DNA from: Azolla caroliniana
Taxonomy: Eukaryota > Plantae > Polypodiophyta
Length of the DNA stretch: 10,781 nucleotides
Direction of reading: 5' to 3'
NCBI GenBank assembly: GCA_043228905.1
Contig: JBHGNT010001229.1
Location: 1-10,781 of the forward strand
In this document: positions 8,501 through 10,781 of the stretch, in pieces
Position numbering within the stretch: the first letter of the stretch is position 1
How the letters are laid out: each line of letters starts with the position of its first letter
The notes under the pieces: model-generated
The model's input: only the letters and a program-made list of their open reading frames with translations
What the model was told of the DNA's origin: nothing
Databases searched by the model: none
Made by a program: the position numbers and the translations under genes

Positions 8501-9652
8501 CTCGTTTAAAAAATTTAGCCACAAAAAAGATATTACGAGAGATCTTTACTACAATGTGGTTTGCGGTGATATCATCGACTTGATCCAGAAGGTGCCAAAG
8601 AAGGAATATACGCTAATGATTGCGGATATTCCTTACGGATTTCGAATGGCTGGGTCATCATACGACGATGAACCGTTTAGGTTTAAACAATTGGAGAAGA
8701 TGGTCAAGGATTTCGCTGAGCTAACAACCGCATCCTTGTGGCGAATAGTTGTCTTTCATAGTATGGACCAAGGGTACTCGGTAGCTCAAGCTTTGAGATC
8801 TCGTTGCCATGGCATCGAGAACCTTGCATGGTAAGGATTATTTATAGGTGTCTTTCATTATATTGCAATTCTTAAGGTTGTTGAATCTATTCTTAACTCG
8901 ATGAATTATTTTTTATAGGATCAAGACCAATGTAAATAGAGGGCCAACTTTTCGGTTCGTTAATGCCATTGAATACATAACGGTTGGCTACTTCGATGAA
9001 ATTAAAAAACAGAGAATCAAAGAGCATTCTAATGAAGTGGGAGGTTCACATCTGTTGGTATATCCAGCAGTGACTCGGAAATTGCGACATGTCACCACGA
9101 CAGAACGGGGACTTGTCAACCCATACCAAAAACCTCAACAACTTATGATGCGCTTGATCGAGATGTTTTCTGTCGAAGGAGACTGGATATTAGATCTCTT
9201 TTCTGGCACAAGTATTCCTCGAACTAGGGTAACGATCTTGAGATAACCAATCACTTTTTTTCGTTTGACAACTAAATCTTCTTGTTACTTACATCATAGG
9301 AACTACGTCAGCATGTGCATTGAAGCTGTTTAGAAATACAGTTGCATTGGAGAAGGACGAGGACCAAGTTATATTTATTAATATGCGGATTAAGGCTTTG
9401 TGGGAGTGCCCAGACCAGGATGAGGAGGTCGGTGCAAAGAACCTCGCCAATACAGAAAGGTTTCAACCTGCTTCGCGAGAGCCTATTCCTCCGTTAGCCG
9501 GCGAACCGGGGGAGCTAATAGAGCTTGATGATGAGCTTATAGAAGATATTTCGTTGGCTCGGCTAACAGGGGAAACCAATGCACGTATAGCCGAAGACAG
9601 TTCTACACAAGATGATGAAGAAAATGACGTTGATGAATTGATTGCTATGTAA
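5504..9652 (+). CDS. Six-exon gene encoding a ParB/Srx-like domain fused to a beta-class N6A/N4C DNA methyltransferase, ~974 aa. Exons: 5504-5538, 6428-8065, 8142-8280, 8364-8830, 8919-9211, 9300-9652
   Basis: All five introns are GT..AG with compatible phases, and the exons sum to 2925 nt with no internal stop. A ParB-like segment lies at ~7197-7570 (LPITHIHRP...REP...VPFIVMV...YFVIGGSHSAEA...AWDHN). MTase motif IV ADIPYG is at 8625-8636, followed by W-x-K...E, NPYQKP at 9118-9135, and the motif I region WILDLFSGT at 9193-9210 continuing into TTSACALKLFRNTVALEKD. Introns 2-4 coincide with those of the flanking paralogue. Exon 1 and its acceptor are the least certain parts. Confidence 0.85.
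5589..6005. repeat. Intronic array of 25-bp palindromes GAACTCGATACG(G/C)CGTATCGAGTTC, 8 full copies plus 1 truncated, ~51-52-bp period
   Basis: Copies start at 5589, 5641, 5693, 5744, (5795 truncated), 5828, 5879, 5930 and 5981. The spacers are near-identical or inverted copies of each other. Confidence 0.95.
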
Positions 9653-10072
9653 TAGACTCTATAAAGAATATGACACTGACGATTTGTTAAGATTTCACAT
9701 TATTAATACAAATTTTGGGTTTTACCTAGTGGATTCTATTCTTTATAATCATCTATATGTTTCAATTTTATTTTTATATACTTGATTAGTAGATTTATGA
9801 TATTGGTTTCACCGCGTGCATAGCTGACTACCAAACTTATGGAGAAACATGAACTAGCTTAAATGGAGGCTGATTTTGGTCCAAGCTAACCTTAACAGAA
9901 CATGGCCCTATAATTATTGCCATGACTGTCCATGTTGTTATTATGGATCTTTGTCTTATATTGTTAAAACTATTATGTTTCTATTCCATTGCTGCTTAGA
10001 TTGTGTAGTGTGTTGATAATGGTTCCAGTTGCGTTATCGTTCGGAGTTTGATCTTGTGTGAATCACCTAAGC

Positions 10073-10331
10073 AATAGAGTAGATCGATTTTAAATACAGG
10101 TATGAAAGCCTAATAGGTTTGTTATTTCCACGACATTATCCTAAAGTTCACTGCCTTACATTGTGCACAATTATATACACATATGGTTTGATCCCATATG
10201 AACAAACTGAGGAATAGATTAGATCAACTTTTAATATAAGTATTGAATACTTTAATAAGTTAGTTATTCCAATCACTTATCCTAATGTGCACTATCCTAC
10301 ATTTTCGACAATTACATACATGCACGTATGG
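10073..10331. repeat. Diverged ~140-bp tandem duplication in the right subterminal non-coding region
   Basis: aatagagtagatcgattttaaatacaggtat...ttatcctaaagttcact...acaattatatacac (from 10073) versus aatagattagatcaacttttaatataagtat...ttatcctaatgtgcact...acaattacatacat (from 10213). Confidence 0.7.
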
Positions 10332-10663
10332 GTCAAAGTATAAATTATATCTCATTTTATTAGTATGGATACAAGTACACCTCATATTTTTGTAAAACCT
10401 ACCTAATTAATATAAGTCTTTAAGTTAGTGTTTCCCTTGTCGCACAATAGTGCCATATTGAGCCATAGTTGAACTTTATTTAGATACATTAACTTATCAA
10501 CATGTCTAAACTTGCATGATTTCTAATGATCTCCACTCGTAGATCTATCATGTATTTTTATATTTGCAAATTCTTATCAAGTTGAGGAACATGTGATACT
10601 AGTGCATCCAATTATTGTAGAGAGGGTGTATTTTCTTCGTTTTAAGAAGATTCTACAAGTGGA

Positions 10664-10699
10664 ATGCGCAATCCTTCCACTTGTGAACGCGAACGTGTT
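10664..10699 (-). repeat. Right terminal inverted repeat (36 bp)
   Basis: ATGCGCAATCCTTCCACTTGTGAACGCGAACGTGTT matches the left TIR at 35/36 in reverse complement. Confidence 0.95.
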
Positions 10700-10703
10700 C
10701 CTA
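10700..10703 (+). repeat. Right target-site duplication CCTA
   Basis: CCTA immediately follows the right TIR. Confidence 0.9.
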
Positions 10704-10781
10704 CCAAAAACCACAAGGATTAATCAATCGATTCGAGTTATTTTCTAACCCTGATGATTGGGTTCTCGACTTATTTTTCGG
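10704..10781 (+). pseudogene. Continuation of the interrupted methyltransferase pseudogene beyond the element
   Basis: Reads (Y)QKPQGLINRFELFSNPDDWVLDLFF, homologous to internal YQKPQQLMMRLIEMFSVEGDWILDLFS, and joins 1542 in frame once the TSD is removed. Confidence 0.9.

Larger units (their letters stand above)
1543..10699. mobile_element. Complete class II (TIR) DNA transposon, Sola-like, 9,157 bp, carrying a transposase and a ParB-DNA methyltransferase gene
   Basis: 36-bp TIRs at both ends and a flanking 4-bp direct repeat CCTA. Removing the element plus one CCTA restores the flanking reading frame GTA AAC CCC TAC CAA AAA CCA CAA (VNPYQKPQ). An internal DDD transposase is present, and a 4-bp TSD is consistent with Sola-type elements. 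Confidence 0.93.

Noticed and set aside
8364-9400. C5-cytosine methyltransferase or restriction-modification system
   Set aside because: There are no PC/ENV motifs, the motif order fits an amino-MTase, and no endonuclease partner is visible.
6300-9652. Four separate genes or a bacterial-style operon, as the ORF track suggests
   Set aside because: The ORF boundaries coincide with GT-AG introns, three of which are shared with the flanking paralogue, and the pieces splice into one frame.
1545-10697. CACTA/Transib-like element with CAC...GTG termini
   Set aside because: These boundaries give no TSD, whereas AAC...GTT ends give CCTA and restore the flanking frame. The transposase motifs also do not look like CACTA.

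Overview
Eukaryotic, AT-rich DNA with short GT-AG introns and CpG/CHG-type decay; a land-plant-like host is an inference. The window is dominated by one apparently complete 9,157-bp cut-and-paste DNA transposon (1543-10699). It is bounded by 36-bp terminal inverted repeats (35/36 identical, AAC...GTT termini) and a 4-bp target-site duplication (CCTA). It carries two divergently oriented genes. The first is an intronless 926-aa Sola-like DDD transposase (- strand) with N-terminal 13-aa repeats and a putative C-terminal beta-barrel reader domain. The second is a six-exon, ~974-aa gene (+ strand) that the ORF track splits into pieces; it fuses a ParB/Srx-like domain to a prokaryote-type beta-class N6-adenine/N4-cytosine DNA methyltransferase (DIPY...NPYQKP...DLFSGT). 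Intron 1 of that gene holds an array of CpG-rich 25-bp palindromes at ~51-bp spacing, including a perfect 129-nt hairpin. The element has inserted into the NPY/QKP motif of an older, pseudogenised paralogue of its own methyltransferase gene, which has the same intron positions but lacks the ParB domain. The candidate novel system is a DNA transposon family carrying its own ParB-DNA amino-methyltransferase plus a parS-like palindrome array.
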